NCBI GenBank assembly: GCA_030704615.1
Contig: CM060734.1
Span: forward strand, 55,738,001 to 55,802,000
Direction: 5' to 3'
Length of the DNA stretch: 64,000 nucleotides
Source of the DNA: Takakia lepidozioides
Taxonomy: Eukaryota; Plantae; Bryophyta
Under the pieces are notes generated by a model. The model did not search any database and was not told where the DNA came from. It saw only the letters and a program-made list of their open reading frames with translations. Positions 1 through 12,449 of this stretch are shown piece after piece; position 1 is the stretch's first letter; every line of letters starts with the position of its first letter. Both the position numbers and the translations under genes were made by a program.

Positions 1-828
1 AGACCTGAGTGTACTGTGGCGGCCCCTGATGCCAAGGTATCATTGTCCAACCTCTTGCAGCGTTCTCTCCATGCACTTGCTATCTGTAGTCTACTCACCA
101 GGCTATTTGCACGGGTTGGCAAAAGCATGGTTGTATTCTCCGATGGTGAAATTCCATTAGCCTTTAGCAGGTAGCTGTGATGTTGTACGCGTGTTTGTAC
201 ATGCTAGTTCGTGCGATTGTGCACAGAGTTATCTCATGATGAAGGGTGAATACAGCTGATTGCAGATTGCAAGCTCTGGAGCCCTTGCTTCTGAGTGTTC
301 TTCGTCTCCCGATTCTGGTTGATTCTATTGCTGACCGAGAGCTTGGGGGAGAGTACAGTCTGCAGCTGCACTCTTGAATTTTGAACTTAATAGTGAGTAA
401 AATCTGATTACCTCCCCTGGCCCTGTTTGATATGAGTTATATCAGTCTACATCCAACAACGTCTTTCCGTTGCTCCTCCTTTTCCCCTCCCCAACCCTCT
501 AAAACTGAAGACAGTCAGTGAGGAAAGGTCTCGACAAAGATCTTGAACGAAGAAGTGGCACTAGGCGGCACTTTCACAATTAGAGTGATTCAAACGTAAA
601 ATGTGTGCACAAGTCACACAACAGGCACAAGTGATGCGCTCACGTTGCGTAGACAAAGCTATCACCAGCTTGTCGAAATCTCAATCTGCAAGTGCAAGCT
701 TACCGCGCACCCCACTCAAATTGAGTCAACGCTCACATTGCAATCCCTTTTACATTACCTCGTCAGGTGGAGTAGTTTGCACACCACCCAAAAACAGAGT
801 CCTGCTTCCAGACGGTATCCCTTGAGGC

Positions 829-1620
829 TCATGCTGAAATCTCTCTCTCGATTTTCGTAGAAGCTAAGCCACTAGCTTTCTCGGAAAGTTTACTTCCTTC
901 TCCGCTTATGCAGCTCAAAACCCAGCACCCAATTTGTGGGCTGCCACCATAAGCTGCCACCACAATACGGTCCCCTCTCTGGTGAAGCGAGAGCAGTAGG
1001 TATTTTTCCAAGCAAGATAGCTGCGAAAAAATTTCGTGCTCGGTAAGAGAGCTGAGGGATTGCTCCAAGCTCTCCAACACGTTCATGTCTATCTGTGTGA
1101 GGGCAGTACCAGCTGCCCTCACAGAAGCAAGCTCCACCATGGGAGCGATCACTGGTAGACTCCATGGAAGGTATTCTTGGCCGCAGCAAATGGAGATGTA
1201 CTACAGTTGCTGAGATGCACAGAGAGACGCAGAGAGAGACGATCGAAAATGTGGGAGAGACAACGAAATATGAACGAGATCTTCGAGAGAAGTGAATGTA
1301 AGAATTGTGAAGTGTTGTGACCCTTCCAGACACCCCGTGGTCTTCTGCAGTGTGAGAACGACAGAATTGGAAGCAGTGCTTCCTATTGGGTTGTTGACAG
1401 GTGAGGAAGAAGGCGAGCCCGGGTACCTTGAATCGGCAATGCTCTTGCAGACTTGGAGGCTTGTTTCGATGCATCCATGGTGTAGTCTAATCTGTGCGGT
1501 CCTCGAGTTTCCCACTCTTGAGACTGAATTTGAGCGCAAATTGGTCCACAGGAGGGCACTAGTGTTTGCAAATTGCTTGTACAATATGTGGGAACTTTGA
1601 AATGAAGATAGTGGAATGCT
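829..1620 (-). pseudogene. Unidentified coding-like relic (about 260 codons with one in-frame stop)
   Basis: ORFs 1201..1584 and 829..1152 are in the same minus frame, separated only by TAG at 1201-1203. The translation looks protein-like (LESLEQSLSSLTEHEIFSQLSCLEKYLLL) but I recognise no family. Confidence 0.25.
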
Positions 1621-2280
1621 ACCCTTCTGTTGTACTCGATAGCACTCAACAAATCTTTGCTAAACAAGAAGCATTGCATGGCTTCTCATGTCACCACACA
1701 CACTCAACTTTGTGCATGTATGTCCCTGTGTGAAGAGGGAGTTTTGATAAACAAGTCAATTAATCCCCCAATCACAAAACATACATCACCCAAGGGTGTA
1801 ATAGTCTATATCCAGGGGAGAGCCACCCTTGCGGGATGCCAGAGACACAGAAATTAAAGTTTGTTAACAACCATGACACTGCATAGACCTCCGAGAGTTG
1901 GATCTGCCATTCTGTAGATGCAAGGTCCAAAACTACAGCAAGAGGAGAGTACAGAGTTTGAGTCTTCCATACTGATGCTAGGAATTGAGTTGAGGGTCTG
2001 TTGCCCCAAGGCTTTCCCACAAGCGGAAGTACATGTAAAATTCTTAAGAGGTAGCGTGTAAGACTGTTGTAACAGAGATTTTTGCAAAGATCAAGATTTA
2101 GTACAAAGCCTCCAGGCTTCAGCAACAGGTAGAACCGAACTGTACTTTAGGAACGATAATCCCATAACAAGGTCTTTCCGCTTACCAAGCATGACAATGG
2201 GGAGAGAGATGAGAGAAAATTATCAAAAAAGTGATCCGCCTCCAGGTGGGGAGCCCGCCTTAGTCGAGCCAGGTGAAATA

Positions 2281-5200
2281 CTATGCGGCCGTGTTCACAG
2301 CCAGCAGTTTTCCCCTGCCAATAGCAAACCCCCGAGTCCCATCTGGCATGCGGGGTCCTGGTGGGGGCCTCCCCACAACTTCAGAAGAGAGAGAAGAGCT
2401 GGTCTGAGGAGGTGTCCCTGAGAGTTGATTCCGGCTGCCGTTAGTGCCAGGAAGGTGCTGACCTCGGGCCCGCCCTGCTCCTCGCCCACGTCCACGCCCT
2501 CTCCCTCTCTTTGCTCCACTATCTCTTTCATGGTTCCCCAGTTCATTAGGCTGGTCACCCAAATGTCAAAATTCCAATTAGAAATTCTCGAGGTACTCAG
2601 TCTTCCCAAAAACTGTTGCTAAAGTGGCAAGCAGAAAGCACACATGAGCAACTGGGCCATCTGTAACGTGAAACTGCACACATTCACCAAACAGCCCTCT
2701 TCTCAATTCGAGTGTGGTCTGCATGTCCATTAGAATGACTACATGTCATAGAATGAAGCTCACCGTGATATCATCAGCCTGGTCAGCATGCTGCACTCCA
2801 GGATCCTCGTTACCTTTGTCCAATGGTCCATCTTCGTCCTCTCCCAAACTGCCAACTTCAAAACCATCCCCGTTCGCCTTCCGCCCCTTTTGGAAAGGAG
2901 GCTGTTGATAGCCATGCTTGCTTTGGAACTGCCATTTTGCCATAAATGACCACTAATAAATCCACAAAAACTTCAGCACTTGGCAGGAGGTAGGTACTAG
3001 GTAGGTGTACCTTTTGTACACCTAGGTAGGTGCATAAGGCACAAGACCAACAAAAATGCAAACCATTGCAACTTTCCTGCTTACCTCCCTTGTACCTCTC
3101 TCTACATGATGGCTGGTCCCCCAGCCCTATATCTGAGGTGGGAGTTCTTGCAGGTGCAAGCTACGGACATTACTGTGAGAACAACCCACCTGACATAAAG
3201 CCAACAATCCTATAATGAACCTACCGTCCGCCTCAGCAGCAGCCGCACACGGAGACCACTCCTCCAGTTCCGCTCATCTGTGAGCTCTGCCACCTGGCGC
3301 AGTTAATCACATGAGAAGACATGAAGATGTTAGTCTCTGACACTTTTTTCATATTAGTTGGTGGGAAAACATACGCCTTGAAGAAGACTGATCCTATGCG
3401 GACAGCCAACAACTGTAACTGATATAACAAATGTAGCTTGCAGGACACTCGGGGGTTGCAGCTTCGACTGAACTCCTCCATAAGCCAGGCCATGGACATT
3501 CTGCTGACATCCCTCTATTATTCAACATTGAAGACAAATAACTCACAGCTTTCTCGGCCAGCTCAAGAGTTTCATACTCCACCAGTGCATGTAACTGCAT
3601 GACGAATAACTTAGGATAAGTAGTTGCATGAATTGAAACCGCCACCCTCCAATTGGCATGAAAACAAACTCAAACGCGGCTCAAAGAGTAGAAAACAACC
3701 TCATTGAGCTTTACTAAGGGTAGCCAATAGCTTCGTAACTATTTGACCAACCATAGAGCCAGAAGTTAAAAGCCCAAACCTTGTTGCTGATAATTATATC
3801 TGTCTTGGGATACTTGGCTGCACTTTGATTGGTGCCATTGGCTGCATCTGGGTGGCAGATACGAACCATCTTCACACTGCACACTCTCATAAACACTAAG
3901 CAGTCACAACCTACTCTGAAGCAACTGAGTAAAATTGGCAAGACTACTACTGCAATATTGGAAGATAATGCCTAGGGCCTTCAAATTTCAACCATCCCCA
4001 CAACCAAAAGGCTGATGTCCTGTAAAACTAAATAATTGCAACACATTGACTAGAGGGAATCTCATGCTCATGGCACAGATCACACTGCAAAATAAATTGA
4101 ATTGCAATAAACACTCACTTCAGGAGAAAGAAGTAGGAGTTCAGTTCATGGATTACATGGTCTGAACTTTCTTCTACTTCCTGCGGCTGGTTACTATGTC
4201 GCCTACCAGTCCACGGCTCACTGTGGATGTCCAATGCAATCCACCAAGCATGCAAACACCCCTTTTAATCAGGTGGACAAGGAACAAAATGACTTCTCTC
4301 TTTGAGCCAGGGGTAGTTCACAACAAGGAAATACCAGTGGAGACAAGAACATACTTGCCCACTTTCCCAAACAATTGTTCCATGCTCTCAATCGAGTGAT
4401 CCTCTGGCAAGTTTTCAGCTACCACAGTGCGCGACTGCACAAGTGCATTGAGGACCAAGTTAGCAAGAACTCTATGATATAGGCAACATACAAACAACTT
4501 AACCTTTCTTTAATTTATTTAACTTGAAACCAAATGACCATAGCATGCTAAGTGCATCTCCTCCACTAAACGCTGCATGGAGCGCAAAATGTAAATTCTA
4601 GAAGTAAAAAGCCTGACAAAAAGTCCCACTAGTAGCCCTGTTGGAATATGTGCCATGATTGACACTAATGACGGCGAGGGACTCCTTGACCTGGCCGGTG
4701 GGGTATAAGGGGGACTAGATATAGGGGAAACCACTCGTGAACGCTCGATGTCCGAAGAACTTTCAGTGTTCTCTCCTTCCCACTCTATCTTTCCCAAAAT
4801 TCTAGTTTCTGAGTCTGACTCTGGACTCAATGCTGGGTTTTCCCTAGCAACTGATCACGGACGGCTTCTCTAGCCAGTCTTCTCTGTAACCTGGTGTCAA
4901 ACGATATGCTATCCAGGCTTGGGAGTGTCTCTCTCGATCCTGAGCTAGACATACACTCACTGTTGTACCGACGAGGATTCTCCTGCCTCAGTCTGTACTG
5001 AAGGACCTATATTTCCTTGAACTACCATGTCAAGAATAGTTGCAGTAGGATGCAATCCTTGAGGAAGGAGTACCTGAACCTCCTCCACATCAACTTCTGG
5101 CAATGGATGGGCTCGCCGAACCTTTTTCCCGTCATCACTGACCACCTACACTTACAAAAAGCACAATGAAGTGCACATCACAATTGTTTACTATCATAAA

Positions 5201-7466
5201 AAGTAACTGAGACGGCTCAAGTCACCTGAGAGGGAGTTAAATGGCCAAACAAGCTGAAATAGTGCAGGGTTCCACACTAGACTTGCAAAAAGCTAATCCT
5301 GGCACTACCACAATATCCAAGAATAATAGAGACACAAAAGCAACGTGTCTGGAAAGAATGTACTTTCCACTCATATTGCTACACAAAATATCCATTAATC
5401 CACCTAAAGCTTTTTGGTGAAGGTGCTACTTCTTATACTACTGTGACACAAACTCACCAACTGTGTTGAATTGCGGAGAACAGCAGCAACAACTCCATGG
5501 TTCTTCACCAGATTCTTAATCTTTCTGAATGATGCCACCACTGGAATGGGAACTGCAACAAAAACACACCACAATTCACTGCTTCTCTCCCTGTTCTACA
5601 ACCAGCATACTTAATGGTAGGAGTGGACGAAGCTTCAACACAACATGAATTGATGATTTCAGCTTGAGATGGAACTAACAGACAACCTCTACCAAAAATC
5701 AGAGAACATGTAAATGAAGTCTTAGCAGATTTGTTAATAATAGTTCTGATTGTTGATGTCCACTCTCAAAGTCCTCTGCCAGAAGATAAAGCATTGAGAC
5801 AAAAAAATAGAAAATAAAAAATAGTAGACAGAGCCAACATACCAAATCCCTCTGGATCCTTCTTCACAAACTTCAGTAGGTAGTTGTCAGTTGGTAGGTT
5901 TGTATCACTGAAGTAAAACTCCACCTGTAACACCATCACACACAACTCATCAAACTTCCCACAGCCAAGAACAAAGAGGAAAATGAACCGAAGTGGCTAT
6001 ATTTCACCATGCTACTTCTAGACAGGTCTCTGACAGAATGAGAACCAAATGAATGTAAGAAAATTTGAAGGATGTGAGAAGATACACTAACAATATGCTG
6101 AGAATATGGACGGCGCACACATAAAGATAAGCTGGAGGACATTATCAGTTTCTATCATTATACAGGCTTAGCAACATAATTAGCTTTAAGCTGCTGAATC
6201 ATCCCACTAACAGATTGTCCATATGGATACCTATAACAAAGTAACTCTACTCGGACAAAACTAATTACACTGCACAAGTCTGTTGTTCAGTCTCCCAGTG
6301 AGCAGTAGAAGCTTAGATACTGCCTGCTTGGGAACTAGCACAACCACATGGCCTGTGTCGGAACATGTGGAGTAAAATATGAGATGAGAGCAGTTAGAGC
6401 AGTTTGCTTTGTTTGATAGCTTTCCACAGTAATGAACCGTCCATGACTGTCAATTGGCTTGAAGAGAAGCCTTCCCAATCATGTAGATGCTTGAGGCAGG
6501 ATTTGGAGTAGGTAAGTGATGAGAATTGGCCTGAAAACAACTCCTCATAATGGAGCATAAATTTTACTAAAAAAATATCATCATATTCTTTATATAAGAG
6601 GACAGACGTTGTGCATAATTAGGAACCGGCCAATTGCAGGGCACAGTTCCTCACCGTGGAAATATTTCGATTAAAAACTCTGACATGTACTATCCAGCCT
6701 TGGTCATATGTCAATTTAGGCTCATACTGAAGCCTCTTCGACAAAGAGACTCGCAGATCCATTCACACACTTGCTTTCATACAGGAAGGCAGAACAGAAC
6801 TTGAACATGAATTTGAAAACTACGCTGAAAATCCTTCGGTCTGTGGTCGGGAAAATCTAAGTGCTGAGTTAGATGAAAACAGACATTAGAAAAAAGGAAG
6901 GGGAAATCATGCACAGACCATACCTGCTTCATAATTTTAGCCTTCAGCTCCTCACTAAGAACAGGCTTTGGAGGCGGGCCAGCGGCTACTTGTTCCTGCC
7001 CTACGATCACATCTCCACCATCAACTGCAGGTACCAGATCTACTGCGGGAGGTGACCCCGTAGCCACCACGGGCACGGGAAGTGGCACAATTTGGTGCTC
7101 AGGCAAAGGAGGAGTGCCAACGACTGGAATTGAAATTGGTGAAGCCTGCAGAACCGAAGGAGGAGAGAGCCCTAGCCCTTGCAAGCATCCCGGAAGCGAA
7201 CTGGAGAGGGTAGTGATGCTCTTAGGAACGAATTCCGGTGCCTTGGCATTCAATTTGCTCCCCGACAACGAGCGGCTCAGAACCTGTGGACCTAAACCAG
7301 CATCCATCTTCCCACCTTCATCAGATCCTGACGATGAACACACTGACGCACTTAACATAGTCGGACGTACCACATCCATTGGAGCTGACGGCCCGACGGG
7401 GCCGGAGAGAGGGGCGCCAGCCCTGCTTATCATTACCACAGAGGGACCCGGATCCATGGCAACCAT
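2281..7466 (-). CDS. LARP6: La-related protein 6 (PAM2 + La motif + RRM + LSA motif), about 10 exons
   Basis: Exon 1 (7466-6924) has the PAM2 motif KLNAKAPEFVP. La-motif exons read VEFYFSDTNLPTDNYLLKFVKKDPEGF (~5924-5843) and VPIPVVASFRKIKNL. RRM exons read SRTVVAENLPEDHS and LHALVEYET. The last exon has RGRGRGRG and the LSA motif PRMPDGTRGF. GT-AG junctions keep the frame. Confidence 0.93.
4640..4990 (-). mobile_element. Possible LTR-retrotransposon gag 5' remnant inside a LARP6 intron
   Basis: About 110 codons of Ser/Pro/Arg-rich coding-like sequence (SSGSRETLPSLDSISFDTRLQRRLARE.../SPESDSETRILGK...SPPYTPPARSRSPSPS..MAHIPTG) with one frameshift, lying in intron sequence. The family call is by resemblance only. 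Confidence 0.25.
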
Positions 7467-7979
7467 TGCTGCCCCTGCAGCACGAGCGCACCGGCGGCAT
7501 GGCCTGCTTAGCCTCGGCCTTGGCTCATCATCGCCATGCTCATCTAGATCCCCTGCCTCGCCCCTCCCTCATCACGCCCCGCTCTCTCTCCTCCCCCTCT
7601 TCTCTCTTCCTTCCCCTCTTCTCTCCCCCTCCTCTCTCTTGCCCCAAGAAAGCCCCCACTTGGCCGCAACCGCGTGCAAAACCGAGCGTCAAAACGAGCG
7701 TAAAACCGAGCGTAATGGACTGAACTGCGCGGAGATCGCCAAACTGTAACGTACCAAACCGCGCGCTCAACCGTGCGTGTGGGCCCGGTTGACCCGTCGG
7801 ACGGAATGGATTTATACATAATAAGTGGCATAAGTGGCAGTCTCTCCGAAGCTTCTAGAGGTTTGTCGTTTGTCCTGTATCCACCTGAACGAACGACAAA
7901 TATGAACGATAACTGACGGGCTGACGGATGTGAAGGCAAGGTAAGCGAACGACAGATGGACGAAGAGACGACGAATGGT

Positions 7980-8980
7980 ATGTTCAGTATATAACGGTCT
8001 TTTCTAGGTTTCGTAAGTTGTGCTTCTATGGACTCTCTCAGCTGGGGTTGCTCGAGTAGCAGGTGATACAGATGCAGCAGTTCTGCTGTTGGAGTGTTTA
8101 GACTTTGATATGGTGGTCGTAGTCTTGGGAGGCGGTGTATGTAGTTAGTAAATGCGCTATTCTGCATGTTTTTTCTTGTAATGTTGTGGCAAGGAATGAA
8201 GTATGTTGACAATGAACTTATTAATGCGCTGTGGTAGAGGAAGGTAGATGGTGATGATGTGGGAGAGGAAGGTAGAGGTTTTTCTTGGCACTTGGGAAGT
8301 AGGGTCCTTTTTTGACTTTTTTGGCTTCTGCAGGGATTCCTGGATCATCAAGTATGCATTAGGGTTGCAGGAGTTTGTTTTGAAGTGTTTTGATTTGCTG
8401 TATGCTGGAAGGTAGAGTATACAAGGTTTGCAGTGACAGACGTTATGATGTTCTGGCTAGCAGATGCTTGTGTAAGGGCCTTCTATACGAAAGCTGAAAA
8501 GCATATCACAATCACATCTGTGTGTGATATGCCCAGCAGTTAGACCCCGACGAGGCCAGGGCTTCAGGCTCAGCCTCGAGAATATGAAAGTTGGTGAATA
8601 GAGGTGCAGGGGTTTTGTTCTTGATGGTCATGAAGTGGGTGGCTACAAGGACCTCACCATCCATCTTGTAGGGGGAGTTGATGGGCAAGTGAAGAGTGAA
8701 GTATCATTCACCTTAGTCGCCAAGGGAAGTCCACGAGGCCATCTGCCTGCCACGGAACCCAGTGATGATAAAAGTCTTAACCACACTGAAGGCAGGGTAC
8801 TGACATGGTTGCATTGCTGATCACTTCCTTTATCACCCCAGTGTCTGTCCTCCATCAAGGCTAGGGAATCCTACTATCACTGAGGTTAACAATCTGTGTC
8901 AGATTGATTTCTAGTGTGTTATGGTTCGTTGGTCTTGATATTGGTGAGGGCTGGGGTGAAGAAGCGGAGTTTCTGTAGTG
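7980..8980 (-). mobile_element. Possible degenerate non-LTR retroelement fragment
   Basis: Strong A/C skew on the minus strand with broken K/L/P/T-rich frames (LYLPLP, LLHLYHLLLEQPQL). No diagnostic RT motif seen. Confidence 0.2.
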
Positions 8981-9559
8981 TAAAAGCCTGTTAGATGCCC
9001 AAATGTGGAAAACCTGGCCTTGTCTGAGGGTTCATCACATACGTGAGATACGTTGGGTATGATCCCTACGTTATGTACTCTCGTATGAGGTATAATTACT
9101 TGTGGGCAAGTAATTTTTTTTCATATAGAATCTATTTGTCCAGAACTTTTGTCATTCTGAATTTTAGGATGTTTTGTAAGTTTGGAACTAGGGCTCCTTC
9201 ACAAATTATGAGCTGAGAGTTGATGGGGCTGGTCACATGAGGAATTGCACTGTAGGTATGCAAGTGATGCAGTTGTCCAAGTCAATACCCACTCTTGGAA
9301 GCAACTTAAAGCTTTTGAATCCAATCTAGGGGTGGTTGCAAGAGAAGTAGATAATCTACAAGTTTCGCTGGTTTTCACAATGGCTGCATGGATTATCTAT
9401 TCTGTAAAGAGAGCTTTACCAATTTGTTGAATATTACCCCAGCACTTAGACTCTAGTCAGTTGTAGTGTCATCTGGGGGTTGTGAATGCATGATTTTAAG
9501 ATTCCTCTCTCATTTGAGGAGAGGCCTGGGAGTGAGTGAAGATGATATGAGTGTGCCTG

Positions 9560-10330
9560 GAGAAGTCCTTGTACAGAGGGTAGATACAAAGGTCACTGTG
9601 TGGGAGGAAGTACTCCAGAAGACAGTTTCAAATGTTTTTGTGCCATGCTGCTCATCCTCAATGAGTCCTGACCTGTCTCAACAACACACAACACAAGTTG
9701 ATCTTCAGACAGAAGCCTGTACAAACTTATAGCTCATTTGATCATTCTTGGTGATTTTCCTTTTTGGGGAGTAGATCTGATGTAGGTGGTGTTTACTAGC
9801 ACAGTGCAACTTCACCCCTTCACTCCACCCATCATTTGCTCTTAAATCTCGAAAGCCTCCCTACCACTCCCTTGCTAAGCACATCCAGCAATCATTGCAC
9901 TCCAAGTTACCACATTTCATTGAGCCATATTGTCACTTGACGCGAATCCTTTATGCTCCTGCACTTGGCATACAGGGCAGTTTCCAGGATGAGATCTGCT
10001 GCAATGCTAGCTTTGATGATGTCAGCATGGACATCTTTACCTTTGTGCAGGAATCCTAGGCCAGCACATGCATTGAGAGTGCAAACAAATGTGCCCTTGT
10101 TCAGGGCGTCGGCCCTTCCAGTACCATTTGCTCATAGAATGTGCTTTGGATGATGTAAGTATGTACTTGCTTTCCTGTTGCTAAATCTTTCCTTTTGATG
10201 CATTCTTGCAAGAGAGATGGAAGTATTGGAGTATTGGAGTCTGCCTTGTTGGTTGAAGAGTGTTCAATGCCTCCTTCAGTCCCTGCCTCAGAAATAGTAC
10301 AAAGATGTCAGAAGAGTTATCAAGCCCACC
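9560..10330 (-). pseudogene. PLS-class PPR pseudogene (N-terminal part)
   Basis: Fragments across frames, with stops and frameshifts: GLKEALNTL, SLLQECIKRKDLATGKQVHTYIIQS, NKGTFVCTLNACAGLGFLHKGKDVHADIIKA, LYAKCRSIKDSRQ, NVVTWSAMIAGCA*QGSGREAFEI*EQM. Confidence 0.8.
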
Positions 10331-10380
10331 ACACAACTGTGGCTGATTCAGCTGAGCCATCCTGCATGATTGAAAAGTTT

Positions 10381-10880
10381 TAGCTACAAACTTTACAGTC
10401 AATCTATACATGGTACATCTCAAAGCTCCTAGATGCGTCAAGGAAAAACCTGGGGTCAAGCTCCTTCCTCCATTTACAGAAACTATTGTCATCGTCTTCT
10501 TTAAGAGCAGACTACCAATTTGACCTGTATAAGTTGACACCCTTAACATCATTGAAGCAATACCCCTTGTAGACTTGACCTGAAGCTCCATGGTGTACAT
10601 CAACATCGAAACAATCACCAGATTTTGCTCGAGCTTGTAGTATTGCAGATAGCTCTGCTTTCACCCAAGGATGGTTAATCCACCAGCTCTCAATTCAAAG
10701 CACCTCCCTTGTACCCTTATATCTGAAATCCGGTGAGCTTGGACTGATCTTTGGAAACCAAGTAATGTGCAGCTGAGCCACCATAGCTTCAACGACAGCC
10801 TTGCATTGACCAGCTTACGACCACCAGGTCCTGGAATCTTTCTGGCTGCGCCCTCATAAGAGCACCCCTGCACAATGACA
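10381..10880 (-). pseudogene. Unidentified decayed coding segment between PPR relics
   Basis: One minus frame reads EAMVAQLHITWFPKISP..REVL*IESWWINHPWVKAELSAIL..YKGYCFNDVKGVNLYRSNW*SALKEDDDNSFCKWRKELDPRF with sparse stops. It is not PPR-like. Confidence 0.3.
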
Positions 10881-11984
10881 TACTCCAAAGACAAGCAGCG
10901 GAAAATGCAATGAGAAGTTCAGAATCGTACAGTGGATTGAATGCTTTACATACTGGCAATGACCATTTCCATTGAAAAGACCAGTTCAAGGAATCTTATT
11001 ACTTGTATTCGATACTCATCAAAAAGCATATGATGGTTACCCACTTCAGACTGTGAGTAGATTGTGAACTTTGTATTCCAAGAAAGATGATCCAGAAGAT
11101 GAGAGTAGGTGGTAGAGATAGAAAGGGACATAAAACATTGAAGGAACTTGCAGAAGACAACTTGCATCCACAAACACCATGAAGAATTTTTTTATCAGTC
11201 GCCATATCTCAGTATGCTTCCACAATTTTCCATCCAGTCATTGACGAGTTGAAAGAAGTTTAGAAATGCAAACATGGGGAGACCAAATTGAAGATTGGTT
11301 GACAAATTTCCATTGATTGTGATGCAATGCCTCTGTGCACCCAAAAATCTGTCACTCCATCCTTTGACACCACAAGCAAGTGACGATTTTGTAGAATGTG
11401 AGGCAGATTCCTAAGACAGCCCCAACATCGTAACAGTGGTGTGGATTAGTATACGAATGCCATGAACACGGGCATATGCTTGTACTAGTACCCTGCAGAA
11501 CTGCAGCTCCACTTTTAAAACTCAGGCATGATGTAGGGAACTATCAAAACCAAGACTCCTCAATTTGCAAGCCTCTATAGAGGCATCAACATGTATCCCG
11601 AGCTGGATGTGGCAGAAATTCGCCCTCTGACCATCCAGTCTTTCCCGCCGTATTTGGGGATCCTCCTTTTGAACCTTCTCTGGAGCTGGATGTCTAACCT
11701 TCTTGATTTGACAACTCCTTCACCCAAACTGTTTATTGCAATTCATCAACCTGCTCTGCATTGAGGCTTCCAGGTCTGCATTGACTTCACTGCTGCTGTT
11801 TTTTGTTCGTTCACAAAATTGTGATCATCCCCATGTGCAGCCCCATGTGCAGCCCACAAGGAGTGCACAAGTGGTTGTTGCCTCAAGGAGAAAGATATTT
11901 TCTTTCAATCTACAAGAGGGACATATTTTGACATTCTGCCCTTGTGCTTGAAGTAACACACTTCTTTCATGAATGTTGCTGGTT

Positions 11985-12425
11985 TCACCAGATATCTCCT
12001 CAGAGCAACCAACCCCATCTTTGAAGTGGTGAAGGCGGTTCGTATACTAACTGGTCACCCAACCGAGATGAATCTTGCCCAAAAGAAATCTCCAGTTTCA
12101 CACTGTGCTGGCAAAAGGACCATTGTTTTTGCTCCTACTCCAACTCAAAAGTGTTTTGGTACATATCCGGCCTCCTTCACCCAGACCATCTCTGCAGCTC
12201 AGCATAGATTCCCTCATGCACGGGTATTGACCACAAGGTAGCTGGACTCTTGCTCCTTTTACACCTGTCCTCCTTCAGTTTCCTTTTCCTCCCTGCGAGC
12301 TGCAGTATAGATGTTTGACAGCAACACATAAGTTGCAGAGTGCTGCAATTCCAACTTAGAAGGCATTTTTCCCTAAGTATCTGCTGCATCACCATTTCCC
12401 CTTCACACGTATCAGGCAAGGCACT
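11985..12425 (-). pseudogene. PPR E-DYW domain pseudogene fragment (second copy)
   Basis: Across frames: ATYVLLSNIYTAA, KEAGYVP, FCQHSVKLEISFG, NRLHHFKDGV, GDIW*. The 3' flank matches that of the copy ending at 12450. Confidence 0.8.
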
Positions 12426-12449
12426 TTTCTTTCATGCATGTTGCTTGTT

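Noticed and set aside
1420-1474. SOCS/BC-box-like peptide PPSLQEHCRFKV
   Set aside because: A short chance-level match in a frame other than the better-supported coding-like frame.
2990-3032. TAGG-rich hairpin in a LARP6 intron as a MITE or miRNA
   Set aside because: The stem (ggtgtac/gtacacc) is too short and the sequence is low complexity.
7114-7749. 211-aa plus-strand ORF
   Set aside because: Antisense shadow of the GC-rich LARP6 exon 1 and leader, with no recognisable domain.
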